Assembly: GCA_001938485.1 (NCBI GenBank)
Contig: MQRK01199881.1
Span: forward strand, 27,749 to 82,382
DNA from: Girardia tigrina
Lineage: Eukaryota
Length of the DNA stretch: 54,634 nt
Reading direction: 5' to 3'
Shown here piece by piece: positions 26,186-38,251 of this stretch; position 1 is the stretch's first letter, and each line of letters begins with the position of its first letter. The notes under the pieces are model-generated. The model searched no databases and was not told the DNA's origin. It saw only the letters and a program-made list of their open reading frames with translations. A program made the translations under genes and the position numbers.

Positions 26186-27000
26186 AATAAACTTGAAAAA
26201 GATGGCAATTTTTATTAAAAACAAATAAACGCCATTTAAAAGTATATTTTAGGATAATATATTTGACGGTTTAACCGTCATCATCAGATCACTGATTATG
26301 TTCTTTTTAATTGCTTTTATATAAGAAATGAATGATTATGTAATCACTTACGTAAGTCTGAGTGAAAACTCACAAAAACTGTTTATGAAGGTGTATAAAC
26401 CAGTATCAGTTTTCTTTCGATATATTTCAGTTTCATAATGATCATTTTTCCTTTCAATTAACAAATCAAGGAATGGTAATTTTCCGTTTATTTCCTGTTC
26501 TACTGTAAAGATTATATTTGGATGAATCGAATTCATGTAATCTAGAAAAGGAAACACATGTTCTCGAGATTCAAAGACTAGAAAGATATCATCCACATAT
26601 CTCTTATAAAGTAGTGGTTTTTTCTCCAAAAACAATTCTATTTTTTCTTCAATGGAAGAAAGAAATATAGAGGCTAACGTCGGAGCCAATCGTGAACCCA
26701 TTGCAACCCCATCTATTTGTTTGTACCATTCACCATTAAATAGAAAATGGACTTTTGAAGTAGCCAATGTTAAGAGTTTTCGAAAAGCAACTTCATCTAA
26801 ATCAGAATTGTGCAGATTATTCTTACGCCAAAAGATTTTTTGCAAGCATTTTAAAAATTATTGAGAGAGTGTCATGTGAAGCATTGTTAATAAGATCATG
26901 TGATCCAAAAATCAATGTTCAAACAGTACTCTCAACTAATTTGTTAAGAGTTTTTGATTAGACTTACGTAAGTGATTACACAATCATTCATTTCTTATAT
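26186..27000 (-). mobile_element. Rearranged Penelope-like element (RT fragment on minus, GIY-YIG C-terminus inverted on plus) with 13-bp TSD
   Basis: FLFNGEWYKQIDGVAMGSRLAPTLA, RYVDDIF, LPFLDL, IYRKKTDTGLY; plus-strand CEALLIRSCDPKINVQ; aaatgtattttta at 26173-26185 and 27001-27013, single copy at the paralogous empty site ~4406. Confidence 0.9.
26253..26291 (-). ncRNA. Degenerate minimal hammerhead ribozyme in the PLE 3' end
   Basis: GAT-CTGATGA-T-GACGG(TTAAA)CCGTC-AAA-TATA-TT-ATC; the G of the GAAA box is missing. Confidence 0.6.
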
Positions 27001-27016
27001 AAATGTATTTTTATTA

Positions 27017-27400
27017 CTAGCTTTAATTACGTTTCATTTGTTTGTTTGTCTGTCTGGATGCATCAAATCTTACGATCAAAAATTCACCCACTTCCCGTTC
27101 ACCTAGCGACATGAAACTTTCAGGACTGATGCATTCTATTCACTTTTTCACTGTCACTGTTCATCTACCGCGTTTAGTTTGGCCGCAAAAAGTAATTAAA
27201 GTGTCGTTCTCATGTTTTCCTCAGTAGTAGGCTTTGAAATTTGCTACATCTAAATGCAAATAGAAAGCGGGTTTTCGCCTAGTAGGCTTTGATAATTCAG
27301 TCAAAAAAATGTGGGAAGTGGGTGAAATAGATACAGAACCGCAAACATATGACAAATTATAAAAGCTTGTACACCAAAAATTTTTTTGGTATGATTATAC
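27017..27400 (+). mobile_element. Insertion specific to copy B containing a DINE/Helentron- or Helitron-like element
   Basis: gtttgtttgtctgtctg microsatellite; gcg(ggtttt)cgc hairpin followed by CTAG at 27279-27282; flanked by ttatta repeats; absent from copy A. Confidence 0.5.
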
Positions 27401-27570
27401 TTATTAAATATTTGATTACGGAAATTATAGTTATAGCAATTTTGACTTTAGAAATTCTCGTTGTAGAAATTTAAGTTTAGAAATTGTCGTATTCCATTTG
27501 GTCATAGACCATTGTTTATATGTATATAATAATATAAATATTGATAGTAATATTAGTGATTTCTGCGACC

Positions 27571-28406
27571 TTACTTACCATTTAAACAGACAGAAATCAT
27601 AGTACTCGAACACATGTAATCCCAAAATTCATCCGAACTATTTTTGTAGGTCATGCAAGTTTCATTATTACAATTCCATTTAATGTGTGGATAATACGAC
27701 GATTTGTTGTCAGTCCAATATATCGAGCTTGGACGATTCAATTCATAGACGTTGACTGGAGTGGCGACCTTCATGTCGACCCAGACGCGATCTCTGTCAA
27801 ACAAATAAATGTATATTATTAAAGTTATATTTGTTTTATCATTTTTCTATAATATCTTCAAACAATGATTACTAAATAGTCGAAAAAGGTTCTAAAAAGT
27901 TTTAAAGTTTATAAATATTTACAGAATTGGTTACCGAATGAAATTTCAAAAAATAAAAATGATTTTATTTTTAAGAAAGCCGTTCTTTAATAAATTTTAA
28001 TCAATTACAAATTTTAATTATTATATGTAATTAATTAAAATTTTGCAAAAAATTCTTTCTATGATAATTTGTTTTGTTTGACTTTTTACAGGTTATATTT
28101 CGAAGTTTACGAAAATTATTTTTCTTATTGCTTATGATTTAATACTTCATTAAAATATTAATTGTAATAATAAATAATTAGATTAAACAAGATTATAACT
28201 CACATATTCAGTTTCTGGAGTTCGGCTTTAAAAGAGACATATTGTTCTTCTGAGTAAAGTATTGGTAGTGCCATTCCTTTGGAGGAACACAAGGTCTTCG
28301 AAGTTGAAAAGTCTTTAGCATCACTTGTTACCTGGACGAGCTGAAAGGTCGAAATGTTTGATGGAATATAAACAGAACAAAGTAGAAATAATATCAGATA
28401 ACTCAT
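27571..28406 (-). CDS. Secreted C-type lectin domain protein, copy B (exon 1 28406-28204; exon 2 27793-27579, or to stop at 27571)
   Basis: Paralog of 4588-5423 with the same splice sites and open frame; CTLD cysteines retained, plus one extra Cys in the domain (WNCNNETC). Confidence 0.8.
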
Positions 28407-28779
28407 TGAAAAATGTTTGAATATTAAACATGAAATTTGTTTTATATTAAAAGTATATTTATATATAATAATTCAATTGTAAATATTAATTGTATTCCTT
28501 TGGGTAAATGAAATCATGAAACATGAAATAATGTACATATCATATTAAATTTGCTGATAAAATAATCATTATTATTTTAAATTAAACTTATTTCCCATGA
28601 TAATAAAACTTTTTTATATAAATATTAAGAAGGGACTTTTATAGCATAACAATAAAACATGAAAACTTTGTTACCCGAAAAAAACCATTCATCGATATAT
28701 AAATTATAAAACGACCGGTAATTTACATCAAAATAATTTTTCCAATATGTATAGATTGAAAAATTGAATAAAATTATTA

Positions 28780-29110
28780 TTAAACCGGTATTTACTAGAT
28801 TAATTTGTGATGAAAAACACAGTTAAACGCCACAGAGGTACGATCGATTAAAGAAACGATACTACGAAGTTAAGCTGGAAGATGAACCAAAAATTAAAAC
28901 AGTATACAAAAGACTGTAAACATTGTTTTTAAAGATTGTCTTTGGTTTAAAGCAAAAGCTTCATCAAATTTCCAAAGATTTGCATGAGAAGGAAACAGGA
29001 GAATAGTACTGCAAACAAAGTACATACACTTATTAGAAAAGATGAAATATTATAATTTTAACATGTGTATTTGATTGAAATTACAACGAAGAAGATGTAA
29101 TAGTCAGAAT
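28780..29110 (+). mobile_element. Highly decayed Gypsy RT fragment
   Basis: TID../KKRYYEVKLEDEPKIKTVY resembles STIDLxxAYYQVxLxEESKxKTAF. Confidence 0.4.
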
Positions 29111-29259
29111 AGAGAATATTTTGGTTGAAATTATAAGAAATTAGTTTAATAGAGTAATCCACCGTTAGATAATACTGTATATATATATGAATGTACATAG
29201 TAGGAGAAAAATGCGGGTTTGGTCTCTGTACCCCCAGGGTCTTGAAACCATGGAAACGG

Positions 29260-29555
29260 TCGCTATCACCTTAGCTACGGTTCTAATTGGTTCTTGTTAC
29301 GATAGCAACGGTTCCGATTTCATAAGCACCACATCTGATTGGTTCCAGTTTCCATAGCAACGGTTCCGATCACTTAGTAACCATAAAAAACATCTTAACA
29401 ACCATCGAAATCACCTTAAAAACCAATGAAATTACCTTAAAAACCAATGAAATTACCTTAAAAACCATCACAATTTCCTTACTAACCATCAAAGTTTGCT
29501 TTTCAATCTTCAAATTACCTTATAAACATTAAAAAAATACCTTATCAACCTTTAA
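29260..29555. repeat. Degenerate ~21-bp minisatellite (aaccaatgaaattaccttaaa)
   Basis: Two exact units at ~29421-29462 with progressively diverged neighbours. Confidence 0.7.
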
Positions 29556-29599
29556 ATAAATATTATAATATTATATTATATTATATGATTATATTATTA

Positions 29600-30210
29600 C
29601 TAGCGCGCTCGGCCCGCTTCGCGGCCCTCTCTTGCCGGGGGTTCAATTTTTTTTATATTATAAAAGCCCAAGTCACTCACTGCCTGCCTCACTGCCTCAC
29701 TAATGCNNNNNNNNNNNNNNNNNNNNNNNNNNNNNNNNNNNNNNNNNNNNNNNNNNNNNNNNNNNNNNNNNNNNNNNNNNNNNNNNNNNNNNNNNNNNNN
29801 NNNNNNNNNNNNNNNNNNNNNNNNNNNNNNNNNNNNNNNNNNNNNNNNNNNNNNNNNNNNNNNNNNNNNNNNNNNNNNNNNNNNNNNNNNNNNNNNNNNN
29901 NNNNNNNNNNATTGATATTTTTTCACATTTATTTTTCAACAAATAATACTATTATTACGTCAACAATTATTACGTAAGTGCGTTAGTGAAGCAGGCAGGC
30001 AGGCAGTGACTTGGGCTTTTATATAATATATATATAATAATAAATTGATATTTTTCCACATTAAATACAGAATTTTTCATAATAAATTGATATTTTTTCA
30101 CATTTATTTTTCAACAAATAATACTATTATTACGTCAACAATTATTACGCAAGTGTGTTAGTGAAGCAGGCAGGCAGGCAGTGACTTGGGCTTTTATATA
30201 ATATATATAT
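29600..30210 (-). mobile_element. Non-autonomous Helitron/Helentron-like element with subterminal inverted repeats
   Basis: Minus-strand 3' end ggccgcgaagcgggcc hairpin then CTAG|T at 29600; tataaaagcccaagtcac plus tgcc repeats present in inverted orientation near both ends; N gap inside. Confidence 0.65.
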
Positions 30211-30371
30211 TATCAACAATTATCTAATCAACCTTTCGAAAAGTGACCGTAACTATGTTGCTATCGTCATGCATTCGTTATGCTTTCATAGTGTCAATGT
30301 ATTTCATTCACCATGTCAACGAAATGTACAGTTAATCATTTCATATATAAAATAAATATCAATAGTATATA

Positions 30372-30755
30372 TTAGGGTGAACCAAAAGTCTTCGTATTTT
30401 CTACGTCTTTTTCTTCAATTGTTTCTTATTACCCAAATAAAGATATTTTATATACGTGTGTTATATTTTTTTAAAGCTCTTGAACTGCTCTATCACAATA
30501 TATATTAAAACTTCTAATTAGTCGTTAATATAATTTTTATGGTCTTTTAGAAAAATCATGGAAAATTTTGAAATTCGTGTTCTTTTACGCCATTACTGGA
30601 AACAGGGCTTAAACGTAACTGCAGCAACAAAGAAGATATGCAAAAGTGAAGGCGATAATGTGGTCTCAAATCGTACTGCACAAAATTGGTTCAAAAAGTT
30701 CAACGAAGGCGACATTGACTTCGGAGACAATGCACGTTCAGGCCGATCTATCACC
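30372..30755 (+). mobile_element. Mariner 5' fragment (TIR plus HTH domain)
   Basis: ta-ttagggtgaaccaaa end; MENFEIRVLLRHYWKQG..TAQNWFKKFNEGD..RSGR. Confidence 0.85.
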
Positions 30756-30834
30756 GACCTATCTGTGCATTTTCAAAAGTTTATTTTGCTGGATAATTTC
30801 TTCAATTTGGGTGTGAGGATCGTGAACACGGGTA

Positions 30835-31385
30835 GTTAACAGTTGACAGTGAGTTCCAACGATCGCCGAAAACACGAGTGAGCCGCATGGTGGGCGAAAC
30901 ACGTCGTTATGAACGATCTTCCATCTACGGTCGTCTTGATCGTCCCCCAATGACTCATTTGACTCAATCAATTGATTATATCTCACGAAATCCCGTCACA
31001 AAACTCGGCTGATTATGAACATGATAAACGTGACCAAGATGAACACGAGCACGAGACAGTTATTAATCGAGATCCAGTGGATCTCAACTGTCACCGAGAA
31101 AAAAATTGTATTGATTATCCGCTCTAATCGATCGCCGGTTCTCGTTTCTGCCTCGATCAATATGACCGAGTACGTGAAAGTGAACATTATCGATTTATGG
31201 CGGCGAGATCGATCGGATCTGATTGCGTGTCAAGATCAACGGGTAAATGATGTGATTCCCCTTAAACTCGATACGGATGTCGTGGTGCGTGAAAAGATTG
31301 GCTTTGTGCATGAGCTGCAGCAATTTACTCTCCTCGAGATTGCCGATGAATTGGATGATCAGAATTTCGTCCAACACGAATTCTA
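30835..31385 (-). pseudogene. TM9SF1: Intronless TM9SF1-like (nonaspanin/EMP70) fragment with stop and frameshift
   Basis: FIGNLEESKLL..HKANLFTHHDIRIEFKGNHII; EIHWISINNCLVLVFILVTF..RVL*RDFVRYN..WKIVHNDVFRPP match TM9SF1 signature segments. Confidence 0.8.
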
Positions 31386-31737
31386 TATAGTAGATATAAA
31401 AAAGCGAAATATTCGTCTCTCTAGAAAGTTAGGAACGAATATTTTATTTTTTTATTGTATTAAGTGAAATCTGAACAAGTCAATCTGTAAAGTATTGATG
31501 AATTAATCTTGTTCAATTTCAAAGTAATTAATTATGATGAATGAATAAATTAACTAATAGTATCAACGTTTACAACTTTTAATTAAATTAAAATAACTCA
31601 CAATCGTAACGTTCAATAATAAATCTCGACGATTTTCGATATAAATTTCGACTTGCGTTCCTTATTTTTTGTATTCGTTATTCACAATTCTTCTTTAATA
31701 ATATGTTCGTTTGATCGTTTGACTATGATTGCTTACC

Positions 31738-31873
31738 GATCGTTTCTTGGTAAAAAAATGGCAATGTGGGAACGATAATTTTAAATGAACAAAATAATAG
31801 TTTCACTGATCGTTTCTTGGTAAGAATGGCAATGTTGGAACAATAATTTTGAATGAACAAAATAATAATTTCA
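31738..31873. repeat. ~70-bp imperfect tandem duplication
   Basis: gatcgtttcttggtaa..atggcaatgt..aatgaacaaaataata.tttca occurs twice. Confidence 0.8.
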
Positions 31874-32499
31874 GGTAAGGCTTGTGGAACAATTGATATG
31901 GTTTAACAATTTATTAACAGTTAATTTCTTATTAAGTTATTTATTATTTGGTATTGATTTTTTTTTGAATTTTTAATTATATCTATTGGCGATTTATATT
32001 AATATTCTGATATATATCAAAATACTATTTCCTTTTTTTTATCTCAATATTTGACTATGAAAGATTTGAACTCGGGTCTGATTTAACGTATTCAGCTCTT
32101 GATTTTTTTTGAAAGAAAATAAAATTCTTGTGCCTTTAATTTGACGTTAATGACTCAATTCATTTTCATAATTATTGACGGAGCTCATCAGGGTTAAAGG
32201 TGGTGTTGCATTCGAACCTTGTTTTTTTTCTCAAAAGTAAAAAATCGAGATTGTGACAATCACTCTCGATTGGAGACTATTGCATATGATTTTCCATTTA
32301 ATTCGCTTCAATTAAAAGTAAAATTAACTAAGTATCACAATATTGGGGATCACATATCTCCAAGTTGTCATTACGTCACCCATTACCAACCAAACATATC
32401 TGATAACACAATAAAAAAAACTACATTAATTCGGAATATAATTCACACAAGACATAAAGGGATCAAGGAACAACGCACACGTGCACATAAGTAAGCAAA

Positions 32500-32990
32500 G
32501 TTCCGAACTCAACAATCACACATCACGGCTAACACGAGAATAACAAATGACAAACATTCTCTTTGGATAATCAGAACTCTATGGAACTTTACAGTAGAGA
32601 TCCTCGATAGAGCGGATAAATCGCTGCATGTCGGATTGTGTCAACGAGACACGAGAGAGAATTGAATTTTCCGTGTTTTGTGGGAATCGGATACGATAGA
32701 GCGATTTGGCCATTCGATCGTCGTCGAGGACTTCATCAAGTGTGAGACTTTTGAATGAGATTTCCGGTAGGAAACAGAGTTTTTACGATTGGCACTGTTT
32801 CGTTGAACAATAATTGAAAGAGATGACGGAAATGATAACATTTAGTAAATAATTCATTGTTTTCTTTTGTCGATAATTGATTGAAATTGGAAATTTCTGA
32901 CACCAATTTATTGGGGTGAGAATGAATTGTAATATATAATAATAAGAAAATTTGAAATACATATTTTTATTGATTCAATTATTAATTCTA
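32500..32990 (-). mobile_element. Possible Gypsy 5' leader remnant
   Basis: Minus-strand PBS-like tggtgtcagaa at ~32895-32905, same as at 6804; CpG-rich leader downstream. Confidence 0.35.
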
Positions 32991-33779
32991 ATATCCTTGG
33001 ATCTCGTTTCTTTTATTATAATTAAACAAACGTAAAATATATAAAAATTAACATATATACATGCAATGCCAAAATTAACGCAAAAAAACATTTTTTTAAA
33101 TTCTTTTATTTAGAACTGACACAAAAATGAACATATCTCAGTAATAAGTAAAATAAAATACAATAAATATATACAATGAGAGAGTCATACAAAAAGATTA
33201 AAATTCATGCAAAAATTAATATCAAACAACAATTTGCACCATTGTTCATAAATCGGCCACATATGCTGATGAAAATATCCTGTGGCTCCAACTAATTCTG
33301 AAAGATTTATTTTCCATTTTTTAGACCCAAATTAATTACTGGTTCCGTACCGGTTAATAAAAAATATATCTTGTTTCAGTTAATTTAAAGATTTATTTCC
33401 CCTTCATACGACAAGTGACGATCTCGGATGCCGTTCAGACGTACACAAATTGTCTCTCCATTCTGCCATTTATTACCTTCAAGCTCCCTTTACGGAGACT
33501 GTCATATTTTTTTGCTAATTGTTCTTTAGTTTAATATAATTATTTATTCTTATAAAATTGAAATTACATCATTAGTTTTATATTTTTTATTTTATTGTTT
33601 TTTTAATACAATATCTGTATATGAATGATTGTAGTTATTATATATAATAAATATTCTAGGATAATTCTACAGAAATATAATTTATAAACCAAATGACAGT
33701 TTTAATATTGTTGTTTTGAAATTCAGACTTGTGTTGGTGAATTAAAAGATTTAAAAACGCGTTTTCTATTTCATTTCAA

Positions 33780-34500
33780 GCTATCGCATAAAATTTCCGG
33801 AAGTGGTCAAAACATTTGAGAGGCTTGGAATGTTCGCAGTGGGGAAAAGTTTGAGGCTGTTGCAGTGATTTTGGGCCTGAGTAAGATTTCAGTGTTGACA
33901 ATGCTCCTTTATTGTTGGACATTCGAATTATTATCAGGAATGCCAAAAGACGAGCAAAGGAATTATAACGCGGTGAAACCTCGAAGAGGATTAATAGATT
34001 GAGAAGTTCATGTTGATGCTGCGGTGGCTATCGAGAGTACTACTTGCAAATTGACTGCAAAAATGAGCTTGCATCACGGATAAGCCACCGTCTCGGTCCT
34101 GGGACAGATTTATGTTTCATTTCAGGATTACTGTTATCAGCAAGTATAGATGCGCAGCTTCCCGTGGTCAATGATCTAGTCGGGTGGTAGTCTGTTAAAT
34201 TACTTGTCGACACTGGATGTTCTACAATGATAATGAAGGGTCAAATTGTGCATTCAAGTCGGATTCAGCGTGTATACGAGATTTTTCAGACCGTCCACAG
34301 CTAGGGGTTGGTGAATCAAGGGATGTTGGTAGAATTTGAATTGGCCGGGCGGTCAGAGGAATGTTGGGTTCTACTCACCCAGAGTTTAAAGCCAATTGGG
34401 GTAAACATGACCCTGGATATGGATGCAATTTCTAATGTAGGAGGGGTGCGAATCGGTAACACTGAGAGGAGACGATTTTTTGAGTTGAAGCACTAAATAA
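33780..34500 (+). mobile_element. Decayed LTR-retrotransposon gag/protease remnant
   Basis: QLPVVNDLVG..VKLLVDTGCSTMIM retropepsin motif. Confidence 0.55.
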
Positions 34501-34561
34501 GCCTCATAAAAAGCCGAAAAAAACGGAGAAACTTTAAAAATTATATATTTATGTTTATTAT

Positions 34562-35480
34562 TGTAGTGGTCAACTTTGTAAGAAAAATTTAGAAAATTAA
34601 CTTTTATAAATATTTATACATATAGATTAAATATATTAAAATTACCATATAAATTATTTATAACACACATAAAAAACAATTTGTTTATTCTCTTTTTGGT
34701 GAAAAATTTGAATTAAATAAATTCTCTTATCAAACAATATTTTCTTTTATTTTTAATGACATTGAACTCCGGAATTATCCGTTGAGTGTTTTCATCCACA
34801 ACAATTATTAAACACCAGTCACACATACGACTTTGGTATAAAATATATTTTAATTATAATTATTATTATAACTTATTATTATAATTATTAAAATTCGAAT
34901 TCGAGTTATAATTTCATAGCAATATTGATCATGATATGGAATTATAATTCGAAATTCATAAATAAATTAATTAATTAGAAATTATTTGTTGCTGTTGTAC
35001 CAAGTCAAAAACTATTTAATTGTTGAACAATGAATAGTTTAACTAATTTTGATCGAACAATTTTGACCATCAGATTTAATTTGAATTAAGAAAACCTCTG
35101 AGCGAAGCGAGCGTCTCACAATTATGTGATCTGGAACTCGGCGAGCCACAGCGGTGACCTGAACTACATTGGTGTCTGAATTGGTATCAACCGATCACAC
35201 CACTGTAATCCTTTATTTAAAAAAATTGCAGTTTTCTTGTGTTATATAAATTAAACATTATACACTGATCATGACTTAAATTATTCGTTCTCAAAACAAT
35301 CACAATGGACAACCCCAGATATTGTTTGCATATACATGCACGCCTGACATATTCCTAATGTGAAAAGCATTGAATCAGTCCCCAACACCGTCACCACATC
35401 CACCAAGTGAGGTATCACCAATAATTCCGAATTCTGATCGACTCTCTCATTGACGACTTCAAGAAAACCATCAGCAACTG
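34562..35480 (+). mobile_element. Gypsy 5' LTR (34562-35168), PBS and leader, truncated
   Basis: tgtagt...actaca inverted termini followed by tggtgtctgaa PBS. Confidence 0.6.
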
Positions 35481-35599
35481 CACCGGGTACCCAGTGATAC
35501 TATCTAACCTTTATCTAACTTTTCCGATTGTGCACTGTACACTTCACTTGTAATGGTTTAGTTGTTTTGTAAGAGTTCAAAATGACTGACACATTTAAA

Positions 35600-36360
35600 A
35601 TTCCACCAAATTCACAACATCACCTTCTTCGCATGCAAGTCAGGCTTTAACATGGCTTTCGCCGCTTTGCTTTTGTTCAACCATTGTAGTCATCTTTTCC
35701 GATTAACATGAGGCACCAGTTTTTCATCTCCTGTTACAATTTGCTCTAAAAACGGCAATCTGTCTTGACGAGAAAGGAACAAACTGCAGATTTTAATTCT
35801 TTGTTTGCGGTTGTTTTCGGTTAACTCATACGGAACCCACTTTCAAAACTTCTGGAGGTGGACAGCATTTGATTGCAAAAAGTTTTTTGCGAACAGTTTA
35901 ACGCTGTCTTAAGGTCTTGTTGCGAAATTTCAGTATTTGTTACCACAAGAGCCTTAAGTGCTTTCTGGTTAAAATCAGACACACGGCCTCGACCATTCTC
36001 GTCATTTAACGAAAGATTTCCATCGCGAAGTTTCCTAAACCAACGTTGGCATTTTCTGACTCAAACTGTTTCTTGGCCCAAAGCACTGCATATATATTTA
36101 GCAGCCTCATTTGCTTTTCTTTCCAACTGGAACTCGTAAAACATGCAATGCCTTATACAATCTTCATCTATTATCCTTTACCACCTACTTCGAAAAATAT
36201 TTAACAGTTAAAGCACAAAATATTTTCAACAAACCTTGTTAATTAAGCTTTACACTTTTTTGGATACACATCACTTTTTGTATTTGCCGCAGATTTGTAG
36301 GTTATATTGATGTATTTAAACGAGGATAAAATAAGCAACATTAATTATGACTAAACCTAA
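35600..36360 (-). mobile_element. Mariner 5' half, degenerate
   Basis: TIR ttaggtttagtcataa with TA; IRHCMFYEFQL..CQRWF, WVPYELTENN, QIVTGDEK. Confidence 0.85.
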
Positions 36361-38030
36361 TACTAGAATATAAAATTTATATATTCCATTGTTAAACAAG
36401 TCATTTATGGCATGAGAAACACTAATCTTCAAAGAGAAACTCTTTCAAAAAATTATTTCATAAAAGGACTGCCAAACCTTTTATCTAATACACATTAATA
36501 CTCTCCATTATTGCTACCTCAGATTAAACAAAATTGAAAACAATTTTCTATATCTCTTACCATTTACAGTAACTGAATGTTTTCAGGATCCTCACTGACT
36601 TGAAGCCCATAAACCTTTTGGAGGTTTTATCACATCTTTTTGTAACATTATGTGGGTTCAAGTGACTTGCACTTGAACGTTATGAAGCTTTTCGATACCC
36701 TAAAAGGTCGTCTTCTGTTTATAAATATGCCAGTCCAATGATCAAATTTTGAAGAAAATTGGTGCTGATTCTTGCAATTATCTGAAATCTGAGAGTATAA
36801 TTTAGCTAGTGTTGCAAGTTTAATGGTTTGTAAAGATTGGACGTATTTAACCATGTATGGAAACCATGTGTTAAAGTTTCTCTATATACTCTACAATGAA
36901 CTTCGTGAGAATTCAAGTTCTTGAGAATCTCTTCAAGTTAAAGTGCCTTAAATATAACGCTGCATATTTTCAGAACGTTCTGGCGTACATACTAAGAGAC
37001 TCTGTTTAAATTAAGATTAATCTACAACAAAACTCTGTTCTCAAAAATAATTCACCAAATTAACTTTTGTTGACTCTGTATGAGAGTGTCTAATATTAAA
37101 ATTTAACGTACAGGATCTTTAGGACAATGAAATCTTAAGCCTAACCCAAACAACACGTGCGAACCTAAAGAGCAGACAAAAAGATCATTTGTAAAAATAT
37201 GTAATGCTGAGAACTGTACTGATATCACTTATTGTGATAGGAAGAGATGTAATGCTACATGTGCTGGTTGCTGATGGTAACCGCATGAGTTACTTTAGCC
37301 ATCAATCAGCTTGCGACTTACGATTGGAAGATCAAAAAAACTAGTCGGAGTAAGTGTGATCGGTGGCAATGTAGAAAGCACTGTCTTACAGAACCAGCAG
37401 ATGGATCTACAGATGTATATAAAATATTTACATCAATTTCCAAGCTTTGTTGATCTAAAAAATATAAGATTGGATTCATGCATGTGATTGGAAGAAGCTA
37501 CAAGATCGATTGAGACATTTACGAAAACCTACATTTTATTCAATTGCTCGTAATGTTGGCTGGATGTGCTGCATTAAGTAATGTGAGAAGTTAGTGACAA
37601 AGGCAATGAAACTTTCGTACTTCTAACTTCGTAAAATAAAAAAATAATGTAGAACTTTAATCAAATGTGTTTTTCCATGTACATACACCTCTATTGACTC
37701 TCTTAAGTCATCTCTACGAACAGCATAGGATTAAATCACCTTTGAATCCTTCTTGTATCGTTCTTTTAAAACTCATATGACTGATTTAAATATACAATTT
37801 TTCTTCAATCTGTTTAGATAGCTTTGGAAACAAATAAGTTCATACTTATTACGCACTCTGTAAACATTAAACTATTGTTTAAAGTATTTATTTACAACGA
37901 AAGATTTAATAATAACAATTAACATAATAACAATTCTTACTGAAATTATGGCATAAAAAGATAATTCAATTAATTTTCCTAATGAAAATAAAAACTTTTC
38001 GTGTAAAAGAAAAATTTATACATAATTTAA

Positions 38031-38251
38031 CCTTTCGTAACATGGTGTGACACTGCTGTAACAAACCGTTGTAACTCTTACAGGATCTCTAACTATTAAC
38101 ATATCACATTTTAAATCACTGTTGCACATTTGTTACACACCGATCTATACAACATCGGTGATTTATTAGTACCTACAGGTGGCGTTGGTGAATTTTAAGA
38201 TGTTTTTTAATTTTAAGATGATGTTTTTTTAAGATATTGAGTTACCAAGGG
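38031..38251. mobile_element. piggyBac-type MITE
   Basis: TTAA-cctttcgtaac ... gttaccaaggg-TTAA: imperfect TIRs with TTAA TSD. Confidence 0.7.

Larger units (their letters stand above)
24575..27496 (-). mobile_element. MULE/FLYWCH transposon copy B; TIR end separated from the ORF by later insertions
   Basis: Near-identical to 2990-4512; keeps ~180 bp of extra C-terminal sequence (~24580-24755) deleted in copy A; TIR subrepeats at 27415-27496. Confidence 0.85.

Noticed and set aside
29260-29555. Possible CRISPR-like array
   Set aside because: Tandem degenerate units without unique spacers, eukaryotic context, and no cas genes
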